Source: Oculina patagonica (lineage: Eukaryota). From it: 64,000 nt of DNA. The position numbers and the translations under genes are program-made. The notes beneath the pieces are model-generated. The model had not been told where the DNA came from. It did no database searches and saw nothing but the letters and a program-made list of their open reading frames with translations. Shown in pieces: positions 47,501-62,219 of this stretch; position 1 is the stretch's first letter; every line of letters starts with the position of its first letter. The stretch spans positions 16,554,001 to 16,618,000 of the forward strand of contig NC_135759.1 of the NCBI RefSeq assembly GCF_052425735.1, in the 5' to 3' direction.

Positions 47501-49079
47501 ACTAAGTTTAATTAATGTACTTCCACTATTTGAGCTTTTTTAACAGATTTTGCCATCTACTGAATCTGTTCCAACTCGTCTCCGCTCGATGTAACGTTAT
47601 TTTTTTATTATTATTATTTGCCAAGACTCAAATTAAGTTTCTCTTTTGTGTAGTTTTACACAGAGAAGGCACTGGGGTCACCACTGTTAAACCGCTGACC
47701 GAGAACCCACGTTTTATTCACTGCGCACGCTCCATGCTACCATAAAAGAACTCTCACTGGTTGTTTTAGCCAATGAAAGCCCGAGTTACCACCAAAATTC
47801 TTGTTTGAAACTTAATTTAGAAAGCAGCTCAAGAACTAAATGATTCGAACGTATCGAAGCGTGATACAGGTTAACTGATATGTGAGCGTAGCAATATCGG
47901 TCAATAAAAGCATACCTTGATGTAAAAATCAATCTTTCTTCCCCACATCGCAATATCGGCAAGTCTGGTATGTTTCCCATTGTTTATTTACAAGCAAATC
48001 ACTTACACTTAAAGCAATATAAGCTTTTTTAAGTGACAAAAGACAAATGGCCCAAATTCTAATTGACAGTTGACGTGAATAATTATATAACCTAAATTTA
48101 TTGCATTCCTAGATAAAATATACGAGCACTTAAGTGATATTTTGACAAGGTATTTTCCGAAAAAGATATATATTGAAATAAGTGAAGAAATAACCCATTA
48201 CCCAGCTCTGTGAGTTACAGATTAAATTAATTTCCGGAGAAACAAATTTTTGAAAAGGAAAGCGTGAGTCTCGATTCATAATGCGACAAAAAAATTAAGT
48301 AATTACGTAATATGGGTTTATTATAGTTTATAGGTAATCACTGGATCGGAGCAGGTATAATGTGCGTGCAGTTTATCAATCACGCAAGAATTTTCTAAAT
48401 ACTTGACGTTCAACTGTCTAGCGTAAGTGAAATAGCTTGACATAAAAAGATTTCAAGTTTTAGGAACGTCTGTTCTAGTCGAGTCCTTTAGCTATTGCTA
48501 TAAATAACCGTGTAAAAAGCTTACTAGGCTGAAGTGAGCCTTAATAACTATCCATGCGGCGGATTATCTGTTTCTTTGTCAAGCCCAAAGTCTGAGCGCG
48601 AAGGGGGGGAATAAAAGATATCGGTGAAACAAAAACTTTTTCTACGTCGGCAGAGAAAAAAATTCCTTCCAAATGCTTGATTTGGTTATCAATCATTCGT
48701 GACTAACTGGAAAAGTTGATCGAAGTCTTCCAGTAAAGTTGAAACGCTTATGCATTGTACTTAGTCCAAGAGAGTGATCGCCATACAATTCATCTTCATA
48801 TTTTTAAGAATAGACAATTAACTTAAATATAGTACCTCAATATTTTGCCTAGTTTTATAACTAAAACTAACCAGATTACGTCCGTAATAAAGATATCGAT
48901 AACTATTATTTAATTTTCAAGTTTGTTGCTGTAAGAATCAGAGAAAAAAATAATGAATTTACCTTAATAAAGAACGAGATTATTTTTTTTTCGTATTAAA
49001 GCTTTCCCCTTAAAGTAAAGATATAAAGATCTAAGTCTTGATAACGTACCATTAAGACTGCAGAACGTAGAAATTCCAT
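44591..49079 (-). CDS. Secreted fibroblast growth factor (FGF family, ~198 aa)
   Basis: Exons 49079-49050 (MEFLRSAVLM), 47363-47114 (IVFIYFVLSCTSSSIVQG/IP...QLLSRTGYFLEILKNGTIQAT), 45642-45527 (KIEMQS..KRIKGLQSKHFLA), 44791-44591 (SLFMEHMEENGYLTY..FLAIKDNGKFR..ASQF). The two core introns have the canonical FGF positions and phases (1, 0). Confidence 0.88.
44987..45275. mobile_element. MITE (copy 2 of the 25899 family), followed by an inverted SINE head at 45280-45352
   Basis: Near-identical internal sequence (ggacttc.ggtcttcatgtat..agtcatga.gtttcaaaagaatgtatgagagag). Confidence 0.8.
46941..47089. mobile_element. 149-bp Academ-like MITE with 9-bp TSD
   Basis: TSD TCATGTATC at 46932-46940 and 47090-47098; TIR caacctcgttcccagggtct / agaccctgtggacgaggttg. 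Confidence 0.85.
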
Positions 49080-52000
49080 CACGCGGTTGTCTGTAGTAGA
49101 ACGATAGTTGTCCTTGTCAATAATTTCCGCTTTCTCTTCGCTTGTCAGATTGAGTTTTCTGAATATGCCTTCTGTAAAGAAGTTTCCTTTATACATTGCT
49201 TAGAATCGTAATTTCCTGAATGATAGCACGAAACCGGATTACGTAAGAAACTCCTCCACAAAAACGCTAAATACAACCGGAACATTAAGACGACCTCACG
49301 GGGTCGTAGACTTTATAATTCCTGTCGATGGATGCTTGCGCTCTCCATTATTCAAAAGCTTTCTTTCCGAAGGGCTGGCCGCAATAGTGAATTTCATTGC
49401 TGGAATTTTTTTGGTCTGGGCTCTTGAGAGGTTTGATCGTAAGATACACTAAATTAAAAAAGCGTACTACGTAATTACCGTAATAAGATAACTCAAAACT
49501 TGTTAAAATTGCATATTGAACGCCGATTTGTGTCATTTTGGAAGTTCGCTTCATTGATTCTTTTACCTTTTCCAACGCCCTTTCCTACTTCCACAGTCAT
49601 TGATACATAGCCGCCGGCCACGAAAGTCCGGCTGACTCTTATGGTCGTTCAAATTTTTGACCAAGTAGCATCGAATGAAACATAAAAATGACTCTTAAAA
49701 TTGGCCAAAACTACCGGCGAATTCCAAGGAAAGCTTGAAGCAATACGGAGAATCAAAAATGAAAAGGATTACATAAAATATTTGTTGTTACGTAACTTAA
49801 CGAATGTCAGGCTTTGTGCTATAACGAGCTCTATAGAATATACCTTTCTACAAAGAAGGACTGGTGCGTCATGTAACGCAACATGAAGAGTAAGCATAAT
49901 CGTTTCCGCTGGAACCGGAAAGGACGATACAACTTTTAAATCGTCGAACCGAAATAGTAGCTCATGGCTCTTGCTACTTCTAGCGTGCATTTTTTTTCTT
50001 GTATCTCAGTATCAAATAGCCTTGCATGGTTTTTGGCGACTGTCACTCGTAAGCGGCCCACGTTTCACACACTCATGGGTGGTCGCGCATAGAGGACGCT
50101 TTGTGATTCATACTTGAAGAGGAATGAAGTGGTGACTATAAGCATAAAAACATTCATGCGTTTTTTCATTGGCGAAGAGTATCAAGAGAAAATCCCTTAT
50201 CCCTTATCTTATAACGATAATGCCTTTTGTAAATGATAACGCTGCTTAAAATTTAGTGTTTCTTAAAGTGCCAATGCAGTCAAACGGTCAGTATTTTTTT
50301 GGTGGATCTTTTCTCATAGAAAAATTCCTCTTCAATATCTCTGATGACGAAAATAATAAGTTGTCAAAAACGTAAGTGCATAAAACCCTTTTACCTTGAC
50401 TCTTACATTTCAGTTATTGTCTCAACGAGTGTCTATTTGAACTTCCTTTTCTTGAAAGGAAATAACAGATTGACTGTTAAATACACTGCTAAATCTTCTA
50501 ATAATTTTGTTACATGCGTTTCTGCACTACAATGAAAAAGTAGGATTAATTTTTCTTCCACTTGCCTCCAGCATTGCAGAGGTTGTTCTAAAATAATCGT
50601 CCATCGATCCCAAATGTTTATTTTTAGACTAATCTCCATGTCCCGAAAAGTTTCTCATATTTTCACGTTTGCGTATTTTAAATGACAAAAAGGGTGGTAC
50701 TGCCACAGTGAAATATTGGCGTTATGCCATGGGCGTTCAAGAAAACACATACAGCTTGAAGGCTTGACATGCAAAATTTAGTAACGCAAATGCCTTTTAT
50801 ATATACAAGTATTTAGACAGAGTTATAAATAAACAGACCAAATCTAGGGCGGTGTTTTGGCGAGCAGCGAATAAAGTACCGGAAAATTTGTAACCGCAAA
50901 TTTTTTCTTGGTGAGCTAACATGTTTTAAGGAGGAAAAACACTTGCTGTGTTTGCTTTGGTAACGAAATAATATTGTGACATCATTGCTTTGTAATTGGT
51001 TGTTCTTAGAAAACTGTCAGTGCTTGAATTAAAAATAAACCCTTTTTTAGGCTTGCCTACCTTAAATATTGTTTCCCAGTAAATATGACGTCTTTGTCCG
51101 TCGAGAAAGGACAAACTCTGAAGGTCAAATATATTGGGAAGCAATTATACGTCTTTTAACGTCGCCGGTTGCTTGTGAAATACTGTCATTTGGCGCACGT
51201 ACGGTCAGTTTTAATTGCAGTTTCTACGTCATTCAGTAAGACAACATGTTCATAAACGTAGACTAGCAAACTCAAATCACGATCATTGAATGTTGACATT
51301 ACATTTACATAACATGTACCGCTAAATATACTTATTAGGAATTTTGTCTTTAGCACAAATAGATTTTATTCAAGTAAACAGATAAGTGAATTTGGTGGTT
51401 TGTCATGGATTAACGGCTAAAAGTACATCCGCTAAAAAAATACTAAGTGAATTTTCCCAACCGTTTGACTAAAGGAATTGACGTCATAACACAAGAAGGG
51501 ACACTTTATAACTTCTTAACGATTGTATCTGACCTTTATAAAACGTGGATCTTTGATTCGTTAATCATGTACATAATTTGTAAAAAAAACTTTCACAGTA
51601 CTTTCAGTTGATAAATGCTGTGGCCGGCTTCTTATCAGTGTTGTAATTCACAACTGATTTCCATGTTAATTTGCACCAAACAGTATAAGTGGATTACTAA
51701 ATTATCGACTTTTAAGTCTTTTTTGTAGGAAATTGATTTATAATTAGATCGAGTGATTCAAGCCAAAGGAAAATTCCAAAGCACGCGACTCTTTAATTTA
51801 TTTTAGATTAGCGGTATCAGGAAGTTATAATTAGTCATTAAACTATGATTTACAACACGTATCGCAAATTTTTTGCAACATTTAGGCAATATCCTCGGAA
51901 TATTTCTGCGGATAATCCCCATCGGGTGTTTAATCCGCTTACACAGAGTGTAACCTATGCCGGCGAACCATAAGGATGATTTAACTAGATCCTTCGCCCG

Positions 52001-53192
52001 GGCTTAAAAGATAAACTGGCAAATGCTCTAAAATCAATCCAAGCCTGTCAGTAATCCTCAAGGGCGACGAAGAGGTTTTAAAAACGTGACTTGTCTACGT
52101 GAAAAGAGATATGGGGACCATACGTGACGCGTAAATGGAGTGTAAGGTCAATGCTTGAAAGGGGACCCATTTTGAAGTCTTCTCTCGCTCTCGCCTAAAA
52201 TTTCCCATTCTATTTTCGATAAAAAGTGTTTGAAGTTAATTAACTTTGGTCGGAACAGGCGTACCACTTGCGGCAGGAATCTGTTTGCGGTTAAACGTGA
52301 GTTAAACAAAAATAAAGTTCATATTTGTGTTGCATCCTATTTCAACAACGTGAATCTGATACAACGTCATTACTAAAGGAAACACTTGATAGTTCTCCTC
52401 CTCTTTTCGTTTACAAAACGTGGGCACAAATGCGCAAAAGTTCTGCCTACTTGACACTCTCTTTAACTGCTACATTTCCGCAAGTTATTTATAATTCTCT
52501 CTATCGGTTTGTTTCAGCAACTTTTCTACTCTCTCAATTCCAAATACCTGAGAATTTAAAGGTCTAACTAGGCCACTACATTTCCTTCGCTAGGGGCTCA
52601 TGATTATTGAACTTTGCGTCTTGAAAAAGGTAAGATTTCTGATCATATAGATTGTTCGGTATGAATACGCACGTGCAATAAGTCGTAACTCAAAATTACA
52701 AAAATAAGTTACTATAGTAAGAAGTTATCTACACGGTTTCAAATTCTGTGATTATTTTACCTTTGCTTCCATCCGGTTCCGAACTGTTGTTTTGAGTTTA
52801 ATGATTTTAACGTGAGATACGCGCAGATATTTTGCGACTGCCTAGTATTTTTCCGAGCCCGTAGGGGTGAGAAAAAATGCGAGCAATGAGCAAAATGTCC
52901 ACGCGTCTTGTATGTTAAACCGTCGAATAAGGGATTTATTTCATGCCTTAAAGGACGTAAACAAGTCAAAGTTTGGATCGTTTAGTCCGCACACTTTGTT
53001 GCTCTGCTTTCCGTCCGTCCTACGGTGTACTACCGGCTCCTATTTTGCACGTTCTTTTGACCTAATATGGTAAAATGGCGCGCGAATAATAAGTTCACAT
53101 TTATGCTTGCATGTGTGATCGCGTGTCTACTGCTCATAACAATATATGAGTGAAACTGAATCCGACAAATTGCTCTCCACATGCTGAGTTAC

Positions 53193-53965
53193 AGCACAGT
53201 TCAGGACAGCTTAGTCCTGAGTAAATTAGAAGCAACGTAGAGACTGAATCTTGCGATTGTTTGAACAACAAAATCTACTTTGGCAGCCAGATCAGTTTTC
53301 TGTTTTTTCTCACGTGGCGTTAGTGGGCAAGTGGAGACTTTGGTGCCGCCTTCCACCAAAAGCCAAAAATGGCCTGTTACACCCAATGTAGCAGAAACTC
53401 AAGAAAAGGACCACACATTTCCCACACATCTCTTTTTCACTGACCACTCCCAATAAAAAGAAACGAAAAAAGATCACGTTTTTCTGTAGGTCAAAGGAAA
53501 TTGAATTTAGGCTAACCAGTGGTTTTAAAAACAATTTTAACAAGTGTTATTCCTACCAATCGGAACGTTGTTCCTTTTATTCTAAAGCACAGTTCAAGAC
53601 CCGAGCAAATTGGAAACAAGGCCGAGACTGAATCTTGCAACTGTACGAACAAAGCAAATTCTACTTTGGCAGCCAGATCAGTTTCCAGTTTTTTTCTCAC
53701 GTGACCTTCGTGGGCAGGTAGAGACTTTGGTGTCGCTTTCCACCAAAAGCTAAAATTGGCCTGTTACACTCAATGTAGCAGGAACTCCAGAACCAGACCA
53801 CAAATTCCCCACACATTTCGATCTCCCTGACCACTCCCAATAAAAAGAAACGAGAATAGATCACCTTTTGCTGTAGGTCAAAGGAAATTTAATTTAGGCT
53901 AACCGGTGGTTTTAAAAACAATTTTAACAAGTGTTAACCTTACCAATCGGAATGCTGTGTCGTTT
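53193..53965. repeat. Diverged tandem duplication, ~385-390-bp unit
   Basis: agactgaatcttgc at 53241 and 53625; shared blocks continue through ggttttaaaaacaattttaacaagtgtta. Confidence 0.9.
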
Positions 53966-54569
53966 ATTCATGCACGGAATTGTATAACAACTCAGAAGAA
54001 TAAAATTCCTTTGAAAGTCCGGCGGTGTCCCATAGGTTTTATGACCTTGTTTATCCGCTATAACGTACCGCTTCCGTCAATTGTCCCCCGCATAAAAATC
54101 GGCGTGTGGGAATATAGTTAGGCAAAAAATTCTCGTGATCAGATTTTTCTTCGAATACACGCGTACACGTGCTAAAGGCTAGTGTATACTGAAAATCATG
54201 CAGACCATAAATCAACTCATCCACAAGGTATTTCGTTTCCATTGCACGCCATGATCTGTGTTATAAAAACAATTGCATAAATTTTCGTTATGCCGGTGAT
54301 AAATCCGGCATCATTCGACCTCTCTGACAAAGCTGCTGGAGACACGGTTTTTTGAATTTGGTTACAGATCTCAGTTTCACAAGGGAACAGCTAGGAGTCC
54401 TATTCATTTATGAGCAACAGTCATAAACGGATATCGTCATATTTCCGCCAGATTGACCAGTACACGTGTAAAACTAAACTGATCATGAAGAAAAGGTCTC
54501 AATGACTGAAAGCACTGCTCAAGAATCGCCTTGTCCCTCGCATACGATTGTTAGTCCTGTCAGGACTTA

Positions 54570-54958
54570 TTAAAGGGGCTATGTCATGGGGATTTCGCAG
54601 AGTTTTGGTCTGAACTGTTCTGAAATTAGTGGTAGGCAACTTAACCCATAAAAAACATTATCTTTGATCATCTAAAGGAAGGTATAACCTTAATTTGCGG
54701 ATAGAAATCCAGCTACGGCTATAAATATCGATTTTTAAAGACGCGCAAAAACTACTTGAAATGGTAAGCCTTACTTTTTCAAGTTGCAATCCGTTTCCAT
54801 CCGAGTCATCTGCAGCCAAAGATACTTATTAACAGTTTAAGTGCTCTGATATCGCAATTTTTAATAAAAATGGACTATTATTTTTAGGTTTCCTGTGACA
54901 CAAATATAAATGTTGGCTGTTAAAAAATCTGATAAAGCCCGTGACATACGGTCCTTTT
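54570..54958. mobile_element. Kolobok-like MITE copy
   Basis: ttaaaggggctatgtcatggg ... cccgtgacatacggtcct; inverted homolog of 20167-20532. Confidence 0.6.
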
Positions 54959-55796
54959 GATCTTTTATATTACTTATTGTCATACAGTTCTCCAAATGTT
55001 AGTTCAGATACTTTTTGATTTTCATTCTAGACAAAAGCACAGAGATATATTGTAGGTACTTCACTTGCACCCGCCATGTTTGTGCCCTTCTCTTGGGGCA
55101 CCATAGCCCACCATCAAGGCCGCTAAAAAAATCTACAAGAAGTAAAGTAGATTCTACAATCGATTCATTCGCTTTCACTTCGAAGCTCTTTAGATATCAC
55201 CTCGTTTCACGTTTGAAAAGTTAAAATACAAAAATATCAGTTTGGTGACACTTCAGAAACTGTTTCATCCGGGACGTCCCAGTATGCTTTTTTTACAGAT
55301 CGCGAAACAAAGCAGAATCAATGCCAAAATTTTTATACTGCTTTCTGTCTAGAATATGTTAAAAGACGTTATCACTAAGTTCATTATTTTCTTTATGTTT
55401 GTAGAGTAGTATTTTAAGAAAAAAATTAATCAACGTTTAAGGAAAAAGTTCAATGCTCAACCCATGATCCCCTCGGAAATGTTCCGCCCCGTTTTCAACC
55501 CTATATACACAGTCTGACAAATGAGTGTACTGTCCCAGTTTTTAACATTGCAATGGGGGAACTGTGTAGGCACATTCTGCTCTCATCGCCCACCCCTTCA
55601 TGTTCTTTACACAATCGAAACAAAAACAGGCGTTTCTCAGACGACTGACATCAAGCAAATAAGCAGAGTGTCCACAATCAATCAGAGACAGTAAACGAAT
55701 CCTGAAGTGTTGCGTCACCGGAATGGAATTTTAGTTCGACTGAACTCTTAGCTGTCTCACTCGTGGCATGAGGGGTAGAAATATTTTAAAAAGCTG

Positions 55797-56035
55797 GGCT
55801 GGGTTGTTCAAAGCACGATTAAGCTAATCCAGAATTAGCGTGAAATTTGATTTCAATTTTTGTATAATTTCGTTGTGGTTTTCTGTTAATATTTTCTGTC
55901 CCACAGTTTTGACATGGACCAATCTCAAACAACAAAATATTAGCTTTGGGAAACCCTCTAAAACAAGAGAAATTAAAATCTTGATCATCTTTTAATCCTG
56001 GGTTAGCGTTAATTGTCTTTCGAACAACCCGGCCC
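55797..56035. mobile_element. MITE (Harbinger/Nuwa-like)
   Basis: ggctgggttgttcaaag / ctttcgaacaacccggcc TIRs. Confidence 0.65.
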
Positions 56036-59000
56036 ACTGATGACTAAAGAAGTTTGTTTTCAGGGGCAAGGTGGCGCTGCCAACAAGTATGAAAAGGTTA
56101 TTATGAGTAGTCAGAATTTATCCAGTTACCAACTCACAAATGGGTGACCCGTTTGTGGGTGTTTCAACTCAATTATTCATTATCAAATATTGAAGTATCA
56201 TGAAACCCCGAAAGTATGTCTTGAAAAAAAAACTGCTATTACTGTAACGCAGTAAATACAAGGATCGAGTTGCATGGTCTCTATAACGCAGAAAACACCA
56301 AAAGCTATACCTTACATTTTGCAATTTGTGGTGTTGAAAGTTAACCGGTGTGAATTCTTTTAAAAGCTTAACTTTTAAAGCGATTAATAGTTCGCTATTT
56401 TTCCGTGCAGTGAAATTGACCCTAAACTTCGAGTTCCTAATTGGATGTAAATGAACGCGGCTTCAACTGAAGACATGTGTGTTTCGTCTCTATTAAAACC
56501 ACGGACACGGAACTCAGCTGCAAAGGTATATCTTGCTATCGCGATAACTATTCTTTCCTCATAGTAAGCTAGCCGGAAATCCGCTTAAAGTCAAAGGCAT
56601 ACCCCTATAGCACAAACCAAGAAATCGCTGTGCTAAAACTCAGACTGTGAAAAGATATTTCGAGATTTTGTTAACGTATCACACTAGTTTTACAAACAAG
56701 ATTTTCAGCCGAGAATACATAAGTTGATTAAAAAAGGCGGCACCAATACTTAGCCCGAGTTTGGACCACCTTAGATCGTCTGATAAATCACGCTAACGTA
56801 TATTGAGCTCATGTGCCAAGCCAAGAAAGAATGGCCGTTTTACTACTAGGAACGCTCAATCTGTATTTAATCTGTTTTAACAATGGTGAACCTATCAAGA
56901 AATAGCAACGACCATTGGTTGGCCGCGATCGTGTAAACGAATTATGCGTCTTATGACAAACGTTTCTCGTAGCGTAAAGTTGAGTTATCCCCCAGTTGGG
57001 TTCTTTTTCCGAGTATTATAAAAATCAGTTCCCTGTTGTTCACAGATGTCTGAGTTTACAAGCACAATATTTACGTATCAGTGTAGAGTTCCGTCGATTC
57101 TCAGCTTTTGATGTCTTTATTGGGCCGTATCGGTAGCTCTAGTGGAAATCAAGACTCGTTACAAAATTGTAAGAAACAAAATTCTTTCTCTAAATGAGCA
57201 GCATACGACTATAGTCTACAGTTGTGAGAGAGAGAGTTGAGAGCAGTTCAGCGGAGCAATTGATCAAGGACATTAAGATCCATTATAATGTCTGCTTTTT
57301 TGATCGTGAAATAACTGACGGCCAACCGAAAGATGTGGTCGGCTTTTTATGATGGGTGATCATTTACCAAGACCCCCCGAAACCTCATCACACATGTGTG
57401 GGATTAGCCGAGATGAACTGCTTAAAGGCTTTCATCTAGCAATAAAATACAAGCGACTACTTCAGACAGAATCAACATTGCTAGACCCCTAAACTATATC
57501 TAGTGTGGTTCATGCAACCAGTGTGGTAAATTACAGCCAAAATCTGACACAAATGTGCAAATATGAGTTATGACTTGCAACTGCGGCTTTCGTTGGGCGT
57601 AAATGTCAAGTACACCTTCCATGGGTGAAAAATTCTGAATAAAAATCCTAATCGTTAAAAAAATTTGACGAATGTTCTCCAAGGCTGAAAGAAAATATAG
57701 ACTCCTGGTTTTTAATCTGTTAACTTTGTGTCACTGTAGGCTAACCGTGAAGCGAAACACATAGAAACACAATCCGTCTTCACGAGTCCCATGCACGCAT
57801 ATCACTGACACTAAGCTTTCGAGTCCAATGGAATTTTCGGTGAATGCACCCAGGACATTTGTCGAGTATAAAAAGACTCTAATGATCTGTTTTTAGGTAA
57901 TGGAATGATAATAAAAGGAATGGTGATTATTTTACCAGAAGCGTCTGAAGACGTTTGTTCTAGCCTTAGTGACGGGACAATGCGATGTAAAAAATGACGT
58001 ATTAAACAAAACGAGACCTGGCTTTGTCAGTGCGGTCACTACCGATGTGGCCCACTGGGTTGGAAACGATGCACGACTATAAGGCCGAGAGCAGAATGTT
58101 TAAATAAACGAATCTTACTTTAGAACACGAATTAATTGAGAAGGAAAAACGGAAAAACACAACGTCGTTTTAGTAGCCAAGGCACTTCAGAAGGCGGGAG
58201 ATGATCTCTTCATTAGCTCCAATCCGTCCGACCATGCCTGAATTTTCTCAGGGCACAATATTTTTAACTGCGTTTTTTGTACGTAAAAAGGCACCAGTCT
58301 AAAACTGTTTTGCTCTAAAAAGTCACTCATGAGATCAAATTAAAACGCTCGAAATATTAGAGGTACTTATGTTATGGTAAGAATTTTCTGATTAATATAG
58401 AAAACATTACTGAATTTCTACGCCTTTTTTCACAATACAAATCACTTACGTCAATGATTTCTCGAAACTTCGACCGCCAAGCGACTTGTTTGAACTAACC
58501 TTCTTAATTTCATAATATCAAAAAGGAGAAGAAATTTATCGAAGATCACTACTTAAAAAATTATCTTATATCTCCAAGTAAATGCACTTAGCTATACCGG
58601 GTCTTTGACTAACTTGCCTTGTGTATATTTTTGGCCGTTTTAGCGCACCAAAATGTAAGCATAAGTTGATATAAAACTATTTCGCTCGGCTGTGTTCGAA
58701 GTTTACTTTCGTTTTGAAAGTGTTTCCTTTTGTTGTTTCGTTAGCATGCTTCAAAAGTTAAATAAGACGCGATTTCTGCGTTTCGAATACAAGACGTTCA
58801 CACTTTCACCACAACTCTATCAATAGCCCTAGCTCTATAGTTCAAGATGGCGGTGTAATTCCCACGCCACTAAGGCAATAATAAAGTATGCTACTCACGT
58901 TCATCACAAACCTTAATGGACTCCAATCAGTTTTGGTTGCATGCTAAGGGGCGGCGAAATAGTTACTAATTGTCTACGATTTAGTGTGAAAGTGTTTGCC

Positions 59001-62000
59001 AGCATTGTGTTTTTAATTGGTCTTAATTGCAACTGAATTTCTCGCATGACTTCGCCAGCCATTTAAGAGAAATATAGCCGATACAAAGTTATTATGGCAC
59101 TAAAGAAGCTAATAGCTAACGGATTATAAACACACCACAAATCTCTTACTTCCTATTCGACAGATGATAATAAAATTAACATGTTTTCGGTGTTTTACTA
59201 ATGCTGAACTACAAATGAGTAAGGCCTTTCGCCTTAGTTTCATTGGACAGCCTGTATGTTTGTATGTAGTTGTTACGAAATGGTCGCTCAAGGCACGATT
59301 ATACGTGAATCTCTTCCTGGGTTTTGGTAAGTGGCAGCTTTACAAATCGCAAATAAATCGTCTAGACCGCATGTTTCACACTTACAGTAGCCTTTCGACA
59401 GAGAGAGCTGCATCCTCGCAGGTCTCACACTGATAGATTAAAAAAATGGAAGCTACTTACTCGAACAGCCTCTATCGTTACCGTACTTAAAATCCGAAGG
59501 TCCGGTCTTGTGTTCGCTCACAGCAGAAGTTCCTTAATAAATCACAAACTGTTCCATGCCAACTTACCTTGAACAAAAGCCTTGGCGACATGTCGACAAC
59601 TGCCTTCTTACTACTACATCGTGTGACAAAATGAATGCTTGCTAGCCAACAAACTCCAACGGGCCAATATTCAGCGGCACACTTACGATGACAAACACAG
59701 TTCTGGCTGTTTTCAAGGGGTTCTAATTCCGCATCAGTCCCAGTACCTCCTACATGGATATTCAGACTAAAAAACAGACACTTGACGAGATCGCTGTAGA
59801 CAGCTTGTGATGGGTGTTATTTTTGCGGCCACAAAGGCAAACCGCTTTTCCAACGCCTTTGTACTGATTACAAAGTCATTATCCCAGATTAAACTCTTGA
59901 CAATTTATTTAAAAGCTAATTTCTCGCCTCTTCAGATTTCAGCCAACCGTATCCTGCTTTCTTTGGGTCCCATAGAGGCGGTGTACGTCACCACGTGTAC
60001 AAATTCTTCACTTGCCCGTGAAAAACTCTCTCAGGAACGGAAACGCTGTGTAAGGTTCTCATGCTGTGCTAAAACGTTCACCCGCTAAACAAGAATAATC
60101 CGCGAGATATAGTCTATGATTTGCTATCCCTTTGTGAGAATCTGTGTCAGACGCACTACTTTGCATGTCGGCGTACTTTGTTATATTGGAGTCAATAAAA
60201 ATAATGTTTGTATGGCGGAAAGGTTCACTCTATAAGCACCCCACGCGATGGAGTTAGGACACAGTGAATAGCTGGGTGCATTGAAATTGGCAGAAATCGG
60301 TGCGATTTGGTAAAATTGGTAAAATTGCTGTCGTTTATTAACATAGGCCACAATACAACATCAACACAGTAACAAATAAAGTTTTGTTTAACTTAGGTTA
60401 AAGTTTGATGTGACCACACAGTCGAGCTAAATGAGATTATCCGTCACCATGGGCTGATAAAAAGAGAGGCCTACAGGAAAACGTGGTTTTGTGGGCTTCT
60501 CAGTTTTCTGTTCGTACGTAGTGTGTGCCTGTCAGATTTCTGGGGGTGTGTCAGGTGTTCATGCGAGCGATGTTTTTTTGCCATTCTTTCCCGCCGCGTG
60601 TAACTAATTCGCTCTTGCCACGCTACTACGCTCTCTGCGCAACAAGCTATCATATAAGAAGAGCTCGCACTGGCTTTGGCCTCTAGTGCTCTACAAAGGA
60701 TTATCTGATACAGTTTTCAAAGGAAGCAGGCACTTAAAGATTTTACTGTGCCTAACTTCAGTTAAGCCGACATCCTTTTAGATTTAGTTAAAGCTAAAAA
60801 AAGTAATCTTCATTTCAAGGAGATTGACGCATTTGGACTATATTTTGCAGAATGATATTGTATGAATAATAAAGGTCTTAATTTAGTGTTACTTGTACAT
60901 GTGGTACAAATTCTACTTTGCATGAAAAAGCCGGGCAGAACTTTGTTCTAGTTCAAACTGAACTTAAAGTTCACAGGAAGTTTGCGATATCTTAAGAGCA
61001 TCAGGAAGTTTTCTTGTTTACTTTTTGTGCCTAATTAAAGAGGGCTTTGAAATCTTATCATAAATGGGGCTTAGTTTATTTACTTTGATATAAAACTTGG
61101 GCAGGATCTGAAAACAACGCTATTTACTTCGCAATCCCATGTGCCGCGTCTTAAAATAACAAGGCAACTGCCGGCACTTAAGGAAAAAAAAACTTTCAGT
61201 CAAACTTATTAAGTAAACCTCGGAACTGAAAAAAAAATTTAAGTTAGAGTCTCAGTTTACAAGGTTGCCAAGGTTGATTTTTGGTTGCTTCGAATGGCAC
61301 CCATGAACAAAAGCAGTTTCCTAGCCAATTTGCCATACGAAATTCACAAAAAGAACATTTTTTTCTATTTCAAGCGAAATAATAAAGCGTTACATAGACC
61401 TAAGCATTTATCAACTCGTGCAGTAATGCGGAAAATTTTGTACAATACGTTAGGTAATAATGCCACATGTATCAAAGACGCCGCACAACGTGAGATCAGT
61501 AGTCTTTTGGAGATAAATTGGTCAAATTGAAACTAATTACAATTTATTTGACGGGTCAATAATCACCCTTTTTCAATGCTAAACCCATTATGGGCGGAAG
61601 TGATTAGCACTAAAAAGGTAAACACAAGATAGTGAAGTAAGTTGCGGTAGGGATTTTCCCTAAAGACAGTGAGGGATATTCACAACGACTACTCAAGGGA
61701 CTTGAAAATAACTCTGGTCTGCAAAGTTTGCTTTTTGACCTTCTTTTTCTTTCTTTTTTCAAACTTCGGCGAATCAGAGAATTGAGAAACAAATCGCTGA
61801 GATCAGGGCATTTGCAAATGTAAGACTTATAATATTTTAAGGTTTGAGGCCAAAAGTGAGCTACTGTAATTATTCATCATTGCAGTTTTTTATGAGAAGT
61901 GGATCCATTCTTCTAGCTCTAATCTAAAAATAAAATGTGATGACACTGGCGGATGCAGGGAATCATTTAAGATGAACAGTAAGCAATTAAAGAGTAGCCA

Positions 62001-62219
62001 CTAAAATGACAGGTGATTCAACGCATTACAACGCAATTGTTTCAAATGATTGATCACTGCGGAACCTCTTTATTCAGGGAATACGATGTCATCTTACCCT
62101 GTGGGGTACTGTTTTCGTGTGGGCCTCTTCTTCTATCTTTACGTGATCTTACTAAGTGCATGATCGGTTTAAGATCTGTCTCATAGTGACTTAGCCCGCA
62201 GTTTTGGCTTGTCAGCAAG

